From: a virus
Taxonomy: Duplodnaviria; Heunggongvirae; Uroviricota; Caudoviricetes
DNA: 64,000 bases
IMG/VR virus record: IMGVR_UViG_3300033153_006865
Span: 65,035-129,034 of that record
Strand: one strand, 5' to 3'
This document shows positions 48,671 to 57,989 of the stretch, piece after piece. A program made the position numbers and the translations under genes. The notes below the pieces were generated by a model that saw only the letters and a program-made list of their open reading frames with translations, did no database searches and was not told the origin of the DNA. Every line of letters starts with the position of its first letter. Position 1 is the stretch's first letter.

Positions 48671-48886
48671 TTCAGCTTCTAACCTAGCTATCTTCTCCGC
48701 TTCAGTTTCCTGTGGACCATTTAGTTCAAAAAAGTCGTCAGTTCCTTTATAATTAGGATCAGCTTTTCTTAGTTTCTCTTCAGCTTCCCTTTTAGCTTGG
48801 TCTGGGTCAGGTTGACCAATATTCTTAGACATCATTGATGCTATATCAAGTACTTCAGCATCTTCGGTTCCATTCTCTTTTTCCAT
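48605..48886 (-). CDS. Scaffold-position protein, N-terminal part (93 aa)
   Basis: Ends NQETAEEKAAREALENE-SGNC; joins the 342-aa ORF into one 413-aa ORF if one 49-bp copy is removed. Confidence 0.7.
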   Translation of the reverse strand: MEKENGTEDAEVLDIASMMSKNIGQPDPDQAKREAEEKLRKADPNYKGTDDFFELNGPQETEAEKIARLEAENQETAEEKAAREALENESGNC

Positions 48887-48888
48887 GG

Positions 48889-48920
48889 CAAATATATTGT
48901 TTGGTTTTTAAAATTGCAAA
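48889..48920 (-). promoter_or_regulatory. Promoter abutting the scaffold-gene ATG
   Basis: TTTG-N20-TATATTTG-CC-ATG. Confidence 0.6.
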
Positions 48921-48984
48921 TATGTTGCTTTATGTTAAATGTTATAATGTTTCAATAAACATATAATTATCTCCAATATTTATT

Positions 48985-49009
48985 ATTAGAATATATTATA
49001 TATTCTAAT
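48985..49009. repeat. AT-rich palindrome over the portal stop codon
   Basis: ATTAGAATATAT-T-ATATATTCTAAT, 12-bp arms. Confidence 0.6.
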
Positions 49010-51773
49010 TTTTATTAACTGTGGCAATAAATTCATTACTTTTTCTCTGCTTTATTTTCTCTTCTAATTCTCTGGTCTTCAGCTTAAGTTCCTCCATCCT
49101 ACGGTTCTTCTCTTCGGTGTCTTTTAGCTCCCCTGCCTTGAATTTATTTATGTCCATCTCCTGGTCATGTAGTTGTTTATTCTCTTTCAGAGCAATGTCA
49201 GCTGCTCTCTCAATAGCTCTAAACCCTGCTTCATCTGATTTCTTATCGGCTGCTCTACCCGTTGCTTGTATTTCTGCAACTTGTATTTTGGCAATTCTAT
49301 CTTTTTGTTTCGATTCTTCTTCTCGTTCCCAATTAAATTGATCAGCCTGTTTCTTAGACTCAATCTGTTCCATAACAGCATTATTCTGTTGTGCTGTTGA
49401 TTCATTCTGCTGCTTAATTCTTCTTTCGGTTGCAACTCTGGCTATTTCCACTGCCTCTGACATTGCGTCAGAAGATATAAGTTTGGCAATCTCAAGTGTA
49501 TCAGATCCAATAGTATTTGTATTAAGTAGGTACGACTTGTAAGTCTCCAACTGTTTTCTCTTCCCAGAGTCCTGAGTGGCAATAAGTCCAATTCTCCTTA
49601 ATGGGAAATCCGGATCAGTCATTTTAAGGAATGCAACTGAGCCATCTGATTTTGTATAATATAAAGAAGTGTCCTTGTTATTTGATTGACAATATTGGGC
49701 TACAGACAAATGTAATTCTAAAGCTCCTTTAACAAATAGGTTAAAAGTCTCAAAAATATCTGCTGTCTGAGCGTATCCTGCCTCCTGGCTCTGTTTCACC
49801 CCTTCTGCAGTCTTATAATCATTTGGCTGATTAAGTTGCGGTGGTGTTATACCAACTACCTCATAGGCCTTACTTTTAGTAAACTCTGCTATTCTTATCC
49901 TATCATTAATCTGGGTGGAGTTACTTAAATTATATGTAGCAAACTGATTGTGTAATCCTCTCCCATCTGGGGTGGTTGCTGTTGGCATAATTCCAACATT
50001 TTTAGCTACGTTCCTTAACGCCATTAACGCCTCTTCTGCATCTCCCCACTCATCATATTCAGATGGAATCAAGTCTGTATCCATTAAAAAAAACATTCCT
50101 AACTCTTTCTCCAAGAGAGAGTATACCTGATTCATGGCTAAATTATGCTTTGCTTGCCATGGTTCAATCTTTGATGCTACACTGGCGTTTCCTATAATAC
50201 CTGCTACAGGTAGTAGTACCTCAAAATCGCTGTCACCTTTAATCTGATGTTCACACTCATTTACATATAAATATAAAGGATAATTTAGATTTTCTGATTG
50301 AATCTTAACTCCCTCATAAACGACTGGTCTGTACACCCATTTAAGTGTACCTGGTTCAAAATCTTCTACGATCTCTACTAGAGATTCTGTGAACTTTTGG
50401 GTAATGTTATTCTCTCTAAGAAAGTCTTTTAGTATATCTTCGGTGACTTCTTCCGTCACAACCATACCTGATTCATCTATATAAGTCAAATACCCCCATA
50501 AATCATATGCTCTGAAATAAACCTCTGTAACCTGGCATAAATCTAATCTGTGCTCAAAATCACTTCTTAATATCTCAGCATACCCTCTGTATCTTCCATG
50601 ATGATCTCCTTGTAGTCTTGGTAAGAATCTTTCATTTTCTGATGTTGTTCCATCATCGTTGAACAATGTCTGGACTCCCATTGGAATATTTAGGTCCTCT
50701 TGTAAAGCTAGGTAGAAATTATAATCTGAGTAGTTGGAGAAAGGTACTTTAGCCTGAGTATTGAAGTTACTAGAGATAGACTTTTCAATAGATCCAGATT
50801 TTCCTAAAAACCCATCAAAATATCCATCTCCTGTTACAAACGCTTTCCAGTCGTCTCTACCTCCTAAAAGTTCTTTTTGTTTTCTTGAATCAATCTTATG
50901 TCCATATCTTCTAATACATTCAGCAGGTGTGTAAAACTGGAGTCTCCCCACATACTCCCCTTTCTGAACTTGCTTCGACTCAATCTCTTTTGAAAAGAAA
51001 GCTCCTTTTGGATCCCATCTCTCAGGATCATATTCATCCTGTCCGATTCGGAAATGCCTAAAACATCTCCCTGATAAAAGGTAATCTTTAATTTCCTCTT
51101 TCTCTAATTCGTTGAAGTTTTTTGATTCTTTGTCCTTTTCTAATACCGCCTCTCCCCAAAGAATCCCTAATGTTTTAAAAGTACTAGAGGTGGCTCTGAA
51201 TGTATCCTTTGGTGTAAAAGCTTCCCTTGCTTGATCCAGTTGCTGCATATATTGTTGCTGCTCTTCTGGATTGTCAAACTCTCTCCCATCTGGATCAAAT
51301 CCAGCCTTGGCTAAGGCCATATCTACAGTGTTCTTTATTACACCTTCAAGTAAATCTTTTGCTTGATCATTTTTGTGACGGAGAAATTCATTTTGGGCAA
51401 TTTCGCCTATGTCTGTAACATGGAATTTATCACGGAAATTTAAATACTGCCCTGTTAATCCATTAATAATAATCCCTAATACATCGTGGTGACGCAAGAA
51501 GCTTGGAATTCCTACTCCATCTAACATTCCTTGTAAATCAGACATGTGTGGGGCAACTTGACTTAGCTCTTGATAGGAAAGTTTACCTTCATAAGCTCTA
51601 TAGTAATCTGTAAAAGATAAGTTCTCATGAAATTGGTCTACAGCAATATGCTCAAATGCATCAAGCATACTTTCTTTCCAAGCTTTTGATTGCTTTACTG
51701 TCTTTGACACCGTGGTGGGTGGCAATTCATAAGTGTTGTATGAACGGTTGTAAATATTAGAAGGAAACCCCAT
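49005..51773 (-). CDS. Portal protein; start moved to ATG 51773
   Basis: Follows terminase; ~920 aa with long coiled-coil C-terminus; KEEIKDYLLSGRCF, EVYFRAY, YEGVKI patterns. Confidence 0.8.
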   Translation of the reverse strand: MGFPSNIYNRSYNTYELPPTTVSKTVKQSKAWKESMLDAFEHIAVDQFHENLSFTDYYRAYEGKLSYQELSQVAPHMSDLQGMLDGVGIPSFLRHHDVLGIIINGLTGQYLNFRDKFHVTDIGEIAQNEFLRHKNDQAKDLLEGVIKNTVDMALAKAGFDPDGREFDNPEEQQQYMQQLDQAREAFTPKDTFRATSSTFKTLGILWGEAVLEKDKESKNFNELEKEEIKDYLLSGRCFRHFRIGQDEYDPERWDPKGAFFSKEIESKQVQKGEYVGRLQFYTPAECIRRYGHKIDSRKQKELLGGRDDWKAFVTGDGYFDGFLGKSGSIEKSISSNFNTQAKVPFSNYSDYNFYLALQEDLNIPMGVQTLFNDDGTTSENERFLPRLQGDHHGRYRGYAEILRSDFEHRLDLCQVTEVYFRAYDLWGYLTYIDESGMVVTEEVTEDILKDFLRENNITQKFTESLVEIVEDFEPGTLKWVYRPVVYEGVKIQSENLNYPLYLYVNECEHQIKGDSDFEVLLPVAGIIGNASVASKIEPWQAKHNLAMNQVYSLLEKELGMFFLMDTDLIPSEYDEWGDAEEALMALRNVAKNVGIMPTATTPDGRGLHNQFATYNLSNSTQINDRIRIAEFTKSKAYEVVGITPPQLNQPNDYKTAEGVKQSQEAGYAQTADIFETFNLFVKGALELHLSVAQYCQSNNKDTSLYYTKSDGSVAFLKMTDPDFPLRRIGLIATQDSGKRKQLETYKSYLLNTNTIGSDTLEIAKLISSDAMSEAVEIARVATERRIKQQNESTAQQNNAVMEQIESKKQADQFNWEREEESKQKDRIAKIQVAEIQATGRAADKKSDEAGFRAIERAADIALKENKQLHDQEMDINKFKAGELKDTEEKNRRMEELKLKTRELEEKIKQRKSNEFIATVNKN

Positions 51774-51779
51774 AAGTGG

Positions 51780-51817
51780 CAAATATCCACATAATTTACC
51801 TATGGTACAAAAAGATT
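51780..51817 (-). promoter_or_regulatory. Possible portal promoter
   Basis: AATCTTTTTG-N20-GATATTTG-CCACTT-ATG; first base of the -7 box deviates. Confidence 0.45.
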
Positions 51818-51832
51818 AGAAAACCTACTATA

Positions 51833-53926
51833 TTAGAACGGGTTGATTCTTTGGTTTTTTCTTTTGTCTCCCTTTTGTGGAGAAGGGCTCCGCATACCAT
51901 ATGGATTTTTTCCAGTAAGTCTTTGCTTCCTTGCAAACTCCTTTTCTGACAATGTGGCTTTTTGCTTCCTTGATTTTGGTGTGATTCCCTTCTTATCAAG
52001 TTCTCTGGCCTGAACTAGTGCATGACTGAATCCATCAATCCTGTCAAAATTTCCACCCTTAAAATAGCTTACCACCTCCTTAAGTAAATCAATATCGTCT
52101 AAAAACTCTATTCCGTATTTTATTATCTGATTCCCCTCTTCATCCAACCCTACCACATGTTCCTCCCAGCACATATCTACAAAAAGATTGAATCTGTATT
52201 CATTATTTCCTACTGTAGGGTAGAGACCAAATTTAGTAACTCCTGTATACTTTCCAGTACTTGAAGATGATGTGAAAGACAGTGCTGGATATAACCATTG
52301 AAAATGCTCATTCTTATCTTCCAAGAACTGCTTGAAGCCCATGTCGACTGCCTCTATTAACATTTTTGCATTAAACGCCTTTATTATCCTCTCCCCAGTT
52401 ATAAAGAAATCTCTCATCCTTGCTGGCCTAGAGGTATAACTTGCTGCTATGGTCTCACATGGTTGATTTGGTTCCAAATTTCTACGTTTTATAACGTACA
52501 GTGCCCCAAGAGAATCAGTTTCACTGACATCCAACTTATATCCATCTAATCCACTCACATACATGTTATCTGGTGGGGCTACTTCGGGAAGTTCACCAAA
52601 CAAGATTGTTGGTGCATCAATTGGTCCACCAGGGTGGCTTACTGCTGCTCTTTTTTTACTTACGAACTCAGCTCTAGATTTACTTCTATCTTTTATAATC
52701 TCAATGTCCTTTCCAATTTTTCCTGTCTGCTCCAACTCAACTATCCTTCTATTAGCTACCGCTACAGGGAATGGGTTTGTACTCTCCGTTAAAAAGCAAT
52801 GGGCTGTTTTCGTCGGATAGTACATCCGATATTTATTCTTACTGGTCTCAGTTTTAAGCTTCTCATACTCATCTTCAATATATTGTGATGCCGCTGTCCA
52901 ATCTGTTACATTTATATCAATGTTGCCAAGGTCAGGATGTACTATCCCTAAATGCTCTTGTAAGGATATTTTTATTTTTGGTACAGACAGTCTGTAGGAC
53001 ATTTGAGCTGGTGTGAATGTTCCAAACGGGGTGTTCTTAGATTCTTCCCAGGTAATTGATTCTTCAGGACAAGATCTGTCCAGTCTGTCCCAGTTCATCA
53101 TTAATAAATTATACTCAGAGGGGTTCTCTAAAATCTCCTTTGCATCTTTTGATAGAACTTGATTACCTCCCGTGCCCGCGAGTGTGTGCACAAGCTTGGC
53201 TCCATATTGAGTTTTGAATGATGGAATGGCCGACTGTAAAACCCCCTTAGGAGAAAACTTCCCGAACTCATCTATTATAAATCCTACAGGTGATAGTCCA
53301 GCACCTTTTTCTGACTCACTTTTTCCTCCCTTATTTGCATTTGTAATAGATATTCTAGAGTGAATATGTTTTGTATTGTTTTTCTCCTTTACTCCAAATT
53401 CTATTTTCGAGGACCAGTCTGTTACAAGTCTTGGTAAATAAAATGCTGGATGCATGTTTGTAAATGTAGTCTCCAACAATGCTGATATGGCACTTAAATC
53501 ACCCTCACTACCCCCAATTATTGATGTAGTACCATTAGGCTTAATTGTAGCCAGCCAATTGCTCAAAGATGTTAATACTGTAGATTTACTCACACCCCTA
53601 CTTCCAAAAAGACACATACCTAAAGACTTCTCCTCTGCTTCATGGTATGTATCAATTGTGTAGATGATGTTGTCATCAAGAGGGGGGCACATTATTTTCT
53701 CCTGGCCGTCTTTATGAGGTATTGGTGTTTGGAAATAATTTAAATGAAAATACAACCACGGATGAATAAAGTACCCACCAATAGTTACTCCATCGGTGAT
53801 CTTCCTTTTCTCTTCTTCATAAAAATCAAGGGCATGTTTTTTTTGTTCAAAAAAATGTTTGTTGGGCTCAAACCGTGGCTTGTCCTTCATATTAATAAAC
53901 ATTTCTTTTGAAGATAAAATTCCCAT
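51833..53926 (-). CDS. terL: Terminase large subunit
   Basis: Walker A-like FGSRGVSKS, Walker B FIIDEFGK, motif III LAGTGG, nuclease acidic residues SGLDGY and DRIDGF. Confidence 0.9.
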   Translation of the reverse strand: MGILSSKEMFINMKDKPRFEPNKHFFEQKKHALDFYEEEKRKITDGVTIGGYFIHPWLYFHLNYFQTPIPHKDGQEKIMCPPLDDNIIYTIDTYHEAEEKSLGMCLFGSRGVSKSTVLTSLSNWLATIKPNGTTSIIGGSEGDLSAISALLETTFTNMHPAFYLPRLVTDWSSKIEFGVKEKNNTKHIHSRISITNANKGGKSESEKGAGLSPVGFIIDEFGKFSPKGVLQSAIPSFKTQYGAKLVHTLAGTGGNQVLSKDAKEILENPSEYNLLMMNWDRLDRSCPEESITWEESKNTPFGTFTPAQMSYRLSVPKIKISLQEHLGIVHPDLGNIDINVTDWTAASQYIEDEYEKLKTETSKNKYRMYYPTKTAHCFLTESTNPFPVAVANRRIVELEQTGKIGKDIEIIKDRSKSRAEFVSKKRAAVSHPGGPIDAPTILFGELPEVAPPDNMYVSGLDGYKLDVSETDSLGALYVIKRRNLEPNQPCETIAASYTSRPARMRDFFITGERIIKAFNAKMLIEAVDMGFKQFLEDKNEHFQWLYPALSFTSSSSTGKYTGVTKFGLYPTVGNNEYRFNLFVDMCWEEHVVGLDEEGNQIIKYGIEFLDDIDLLKEVVSYFKGGNFDRIDGFSHALVQARELDKKGITPKSRKQKATLSEKEFARKQRLTGKNPYGMRSPSPQKGDKRKNQRINPF

Positions 53927-53996
53927 TTATTTGTTTTGAATATCAATTATTCCCTTGGTGTATATCTCCATCTGTAGCCTCCCTCGAATTCCGTAC

Positions 53997-54100
53997 TCAT
54001 TTGCAGTACACTCTCAGTCTGTCTTTGGTGTTCTTGTGTTTAGAAAAATCTTCCGATGACTTCTCCTCACCACATTTTGTACAAACTTTATTTTCCACAT
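53997..54100 (-). pseudogene. Remnant of a zinc-finger (CxxC...CxxC) homing-endonuclease N-terminus
   Basis: VENKVCTKCGEEKSSEDFSKHKNTKDRLRVYCK-stop; the ATG at 54100 is out of frame with it. Confidence 0.6.
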
Positions 54101-54128
54101 AACAAAAAAATTCTACTGCACTAGCAAT

Positions 54129-54605
54129 TTACTTAAATGTATCGTATAAAGCTTTTAATCCCTCTTTAGATGAAATCTTTTTATCCAACCCTTTTTTAAT
54201 ACTGTCTGCGATTGGGGTGTCTACAAGAATAACCTCTCCCTTTTCCATTGTATATACGTACGGTGAGCCTTCTGCTAACATTTGATTTAGTGCTGTCGTA
54301 TCGATCTCTGGAAGCCCTAAGTCTAAGTCCAACATTACAGACATTTGATAAAACTCATAAATTGCATTTGATATATGCTGTAAATTCTGATGCATTATTA
54401 CCATGTGGTAATGCGATGATATGTGCTTTACTAGACTGTCTGAAACATCTTCAAAACCTCCCTCACCCTTCTTTGCGTGTTCCGTAATAAAAACTGAAGT
54501 AACTTTAACAGCCTCTGCATTAGATCTTACCTCCTTTTGGAATACTCCTACCTCCTTTATAAAGCCCATTAGTTTCGATTTGATATAATTTTTTGTTTTT
54601 TCCAT
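54129..54605 (-). CDS. Hypothetical helical protein (158 aa)
   Basis: ORF track; tight packing with neighbours. Confidence 0.65.
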   Translation of the reverse strand: MEKTKNYIKSKLMGFIKEVGVFQKEVRSNAEAVKVTSVFITEHAKKGEGGFEDVSDSLVKHISSHYHMVIMHQNLQHISNAIYEFYQMSVMLDLDLGLPEIDTTALNQMLAEGSPYVYTMEKGEVILVDTPIADSIKKGLDKKISSKEGLKALYDTFK

Positions 54606-54606
54606 A

Positions 54607-54828
54607 TTACACTAAGTCTTCTATTTCATTATTAATTGCGGTGTCTAATCCTGAGTACACTAAATCATCAGTGAGCTTTAGCAAATCCCCCTTACTGTTA
54701 ATATTTATCTTAGTTGGGGAATTGGTTATAATACTGTGCAACATTTCCCCAAATGTATACTCCGGGTGTTCCTTATTAAACCTCTTTATCTTCTCAATAA
54801 TTAGTGGCTTTCGGTTTATTAGTGACAT
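54607..54828 (-). CDS. Hypothetical protein (73 aa)
   Basis: ORF track; HPEYTFGEML pattern; tight packing. Confidence 0.65.
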   Translation of the reverse strand: MSLINRKPLIIEKIKRFNKEHPEYTFGEMLHSIITNSPTKININSKGDLLKLTDDLVYSGLDTAINNEIEDLV

Positions 54829-54832
54829 ATTT

Positions 54833-55516
54833 TTATGTTTTTATCATTTTAAAATTTATTAGGGCCTGTCTTTCTTTATTAGAATTATCCCCTTCAGAGT
54901 AATTAATTGTGACAGTTTTAAGAATGCTGACACCCTTCGTAAATCTAGAAGTAGATATATTGATGCTAAACTCGATTGTGTTTTCGTCAATAACTTCTTG
55001 TTCAGCAACTGTACACCCACATCCAATCTTGAAGTTTATTACTTTTAATCCTCCTGGTCTAGTGAGTCTAAATTTAAAATTTACAACTGGTTTAGTAACT
55101 TTATCTGCATTAAAGACGAATCTATTTTCTGCAAGTTGCAGTGTAATATTTTCTGGATCTAAGTTTTCAATAGTAAGTTTACTATCAACCTCACTTGTTG
55201 ATTTAATAGCCCCCCACTTTGGGGGTGTTCTTCTAGGATCATCAACTGGAAGTTCTACCATCCCACAGACAGACTCTTTCATAGAGGCCTTCCTGTCAAT
55301 ACAACAGCCACAACCATCACAAAGTGGGCCGCCTAGGCAAACTGTATCTCTTACTAACCTCCTAGAAAACTTAAGCTTTTCATCCGGGATACCCTTAGAG
55401 TTTAACGGACAAGTCTCACAGATGGCAATCCTTGATTGATACCAAACCTCATCTACTGGAAGAGGTTCTAAATTTGCCTTGATTATCGATTTTGCTTTAC
55501 TGACTATTTTTTTCAT
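54833..55516 (-). CDS. Cys-rich Zn-binding domain fused to DUF1573-like Ig domain
   Basis: RIAICETCPLN...CDGCGCCIDRK...C...KW, then LKVINFKIGCGCTVAE. Confidence 0.55.
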   Translation of the reverse strand: MKKIVSKAKSIIKANLEPLPVDEVWYQSRIAICETCPLNSKGIPDEKLKFSRRLVRDTVCLGGPLCDGCGCCIDRKASMKESVCGMVELPVDDPRRTPPKWGAIKSTSEVDSKLTIENLDPENITLQLAENRFVFNADKVTKPVVNFKFRLTRPGGLKVINFKIGCGCTVAEQEVIDENTIEFSINISTSRFTKGVSILKTVTINYSEGDNSNKERQALINFKMIKT

Positions 55517-55946
55517 TTTGATATTTTTCTAATTCAACTATACCCATGCCTTTTCTGAAATACATATTGCCAAAACGTGTCTTACCTCCGTGATAAGAAA
55601 AGTTCTTCATTTCAGGGTACTTTGATCTAATAAAATCATTCTTACTTGAGAGGCTATCTTTTACTTTCTGTTGATTTGGGGAAAGTGTGTGACCTTTTTC
55701 CTCTAAGTCTTTTAGTTTCTCTGTCATTATAAATGCCCGTCTCACATTAGGGTACATATGCCCTACGTGTGGAATTTGTATCTGGCAAATTTCTTCTTTC
55801 TCTGACAGATGATTGATCCAGTGAGCAAAAAATTTTACATGACCTTTTACTACAGCCTCTGATATCCCGAGTTCTTCAGCTACTTTTGATACCAATAATG
55901 GAGTGGTTAATATTTCAGAATTACTCTTACTGCCCATTCTTGCCAC
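55497..55946 (-). CDS. HU/IHF-like DNA-binding protein
   Basis: LLVSKVAEELGISEAVVKGHVKFF...IQIPHVGHM fits the HU fold pattern. Confidence 0.65.
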   Translation of the reverse strand: MARMGSKSNSEILTTPLLVSKVAEELGISEAVVKGHVKFFAHWINHLSEKEEICQIQIPHVGHMYPNVRRAFIMTEKLKDLEEKGHTLSPNQQKVKDSLSSKNDFIRSKYPEMKNFSYHGGKTRFGNMYFRKGMGIVELEKYQNEKNSQ

Positions 55947-56328
55947 GTTTTAGCCTAAATAAAACATAGCCTTCATCGGGGTCCTCCCCCTCAAGATAGG
56001 TTGAAAGCAGTTCGATATTTTTTGTTAGGTTGTTGATTCTGACATTACGTTGATCTTTATGCATCAGCCCCGATCTTCTAAGTTCCAGGTTCATACTGGC
56101 AATAGCTTTCTCATCTACTCCAAGCACTTCCTCAGCAAATTTCTTTGATTCTCTACTATATCCTCTCTGAACATATATTGCTAATAGTGTTATTAACTTA
56201 TCACGTAATATGGTAGGGGTGTCACCAACTGATTTTTGGTGACATGCGTATAGGAATATTATCTTCCGGAGCTTGTCAAAATCATCTGTGAAAACTATTG
56301 GTTTTGGGGAAAATACTCCGTTCTTCAA
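55927..56328 (-). CDS. Hypothetical protein, possible winged-helix DNA binder (TTG start uncertain)
   Basis: FAEEVLGVDEKAIASMNLELRRSGLMHK pattern. Confidence 0.5.
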   Translation of the reverse strand: MKNGVFSPKPIVFTDDFDKLRKIIFLYACHQKSVGDTPTILRDKLITLLAIYVQRGYSRESKKFAEEVLGVDEKAIASMNLELRRSGLMHKDQRNVRINNLTKNIELLSTYLEGEDPDEGYVLFRLKRGKNGQ

Positions 56329-56519
56329 GTCTATTGGTTTTTGTTACTGATTCCTGTTAGGAATCAAATGTAGGCTAAAAGAATTAATTGTGCAAACTTA
56401 TTAACATAATTTAACAAAACTGTGACAAACACGTTCGGAAAACACCTGGCTGGAAACCAACCAGAAATTAATATGGATACCTACTCAGTGGTAGTTATGC
56501 CCAAAAGCAACGCTCGGAA

Positions 56520-56810
56520 TTATCTGAGGCCATGGATTAAAATTGATCTAAACATCACCTCGATAGACTTTGCAGCCCTGTGTGATGGCATATCTCTGGA
56601 CTGCTCGTTCATTAAATAAAACTCATTACTTAAGCTAGTAAGCAACGGGGAGTTCCTTTGGATGTAATGATCTGGGAAAATGTTGTGGGGTAAAAGATTA
56701 ACCACCTCGATAAAATAACTGCCTTGAGCCATTTCTTCATTGGTATCATGTTCCCTAGAATATACGTAGTCTCTTTCAAAATCCTCTATTTTTTGGTTGT
56801 CTTGGTTCAT
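56520..56810 (-). CDS. Hypothetical protein (96 aa); start moved to ATG 56810
   Basis: The track's N-terminal extension is promoter sequence; MNQDNQKIEDFERD. Confidence 0.6.
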   Translation of the reverse strand: MNQDNQKIEDFERDYVYSREHDTNEEMAQGSYFIEVVNLLPHNIFPDHYIQRNSPLLTSLSNEFYLMNEQSRDMPSHRAAKSIEVMFRSILIHGLR

Positions 56811-56814
56811 AGGG

Positions 56815-56846
56815 CAAATATAGCCAAACCAACAAAAGCCACCAAA
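56815..56846 (-). promoter_or_regulatory. Leftward promoter of the virion block, probably leaderless
   Basis: TTTG-N20-TATATTTG-CCCT-ATG. Confidence 0.75.
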
Positions 56847-57100
56847 TTCATTGTAGAAAATCCCATTTAGAAAAATCAACATGCCGAAAGAGTTGCCCGT
56901 TAGATATATAATATTTTCCACGATATTTGATACTCCACACACCTAAAAACCCATTTTTGGGATTTGTCCAAATTTTTCCCTCGTGTGTTTAATTATTAAT
57001 ATATAGTTAATAATATATATATAATATTGATTATAAACTATAAAAACAATATCATATTACCCATGGCACTGTTAAAATCATATAAATTTTTCAAATACAT

Positions 57101-57132
57101 TTTGGTAGTCTGGTTTTTTATATGTATGTTTG
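57101..57132 (+). promoter_or_regulatory. Rightward promoter
   Basis: TTTG-N20-TATGTTTG, 8 nt before ATG 57141. Confidence 0.75.
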
Positions 57133-57140
57133 CAGACTTA

Positions 57141-57962
57141 ATGAAAAAACTACCGACGAAAACCTCCTTAGAACGGGGGGTTATATCTTTTAAAGAGGCT
57201 CTCGAAGTCCACACACACAAGCAAGAAGGGTATCACTTGGACAATGAGCACCATTTTGTCTCTGAGGCTAATCCTATTATGGTAGACCTCAAGGGTGTGA
57301 GTTTAATCAAGGTAAATTTTTTTGGGACTAACCCTGAGTATATAACAGAGTCAATGAGTAGAAATGTCTCAAACTTTGTTATACTTAACCCATACGTAAA
57401 AAAGCAGTACCTAATCCAAACTATTAGAAAGTTAGAAGTCAGTACCGGTTTTAAACCTCTCTCTGAAGAAGAGTTTGAAACTATTGTAAGAAAAATACTC
57501 CAGGCTAGAAGGGACGGCACGTTAAAATCTATTCCAAATAGGATATCAAGAAAAGCAATCTCTTTAAAGAAGTGCGCAAGAGGAGAATACGAAAAGGCAA
57601 AGAGGGAGAATAATAAAATCAAACTTTACAAAGTCATTGAGACTTGGGATTTTAAGAAGAGGAAGAAAATGTCAATCTCAAAATTGGCGAAACGTATGAA
57701 GCTGTCAGAGAGGACAATGAAGAGGTATTTCTCCCAAGACAAGAATTATAGAATACTTGTTGATAGCATAAATGAGGCTAGTGCAGATCTTATAGAGGTA
57801 TCAGCTATTGAATTGATACCTACAACCAATGGGAACCTCACTACATTTACCTTTGGTGATGAGGTTATTACCATCATGGTAATACCTTCTGGGCTACCCC
57901 AAGGAGACAAAGTCCTAGATGATAAGCCACCAGATGAAATTAATAAACTAGTGCCGTTCTAA
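57141..57962 (+). CDS. HTH DNA-binding protein (possible replication initiator or regulator); start moved to 57141
   Basis: KKMSISKLAKRMKLSERTMKRYF helix-turn-helix. Confidence 0.6.
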   Translation: MKKLPTKTSLERGVISFKEALEVHTHKQEGYHLDNEHHFVSEANPIMVDLKGVSLIKVNFFGTNPEYITESMSRNVSNFVILNPYVKKQYLIQTIRKLEVSTGFKPLSEEEFETIVRKILQARRDGTLKSIPNRISRKAISLKKCARGEYEKAKRENNKIKLYKVIETWDFKKRKKMSISKLAKRMKLSERTMKRYFSQDKNYRILVDSINEASADLIEVSAIELIPTTNGNLTTFTFGDEVITIMVIPSGLPQGDKVLDDKPPDEINKLVPF

Positions 57963-57989
57963 GGTAAATAATAACTAAAACTACAATTA

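Noticed and set aside
625-55439. Numerous plus-strand ORFs of 60-270 aa over the virion block
   Set aside because: Antisense shadows of long minus-strand genes, with the Ser/Phe/Ile-rich composition expected from reverse complements.
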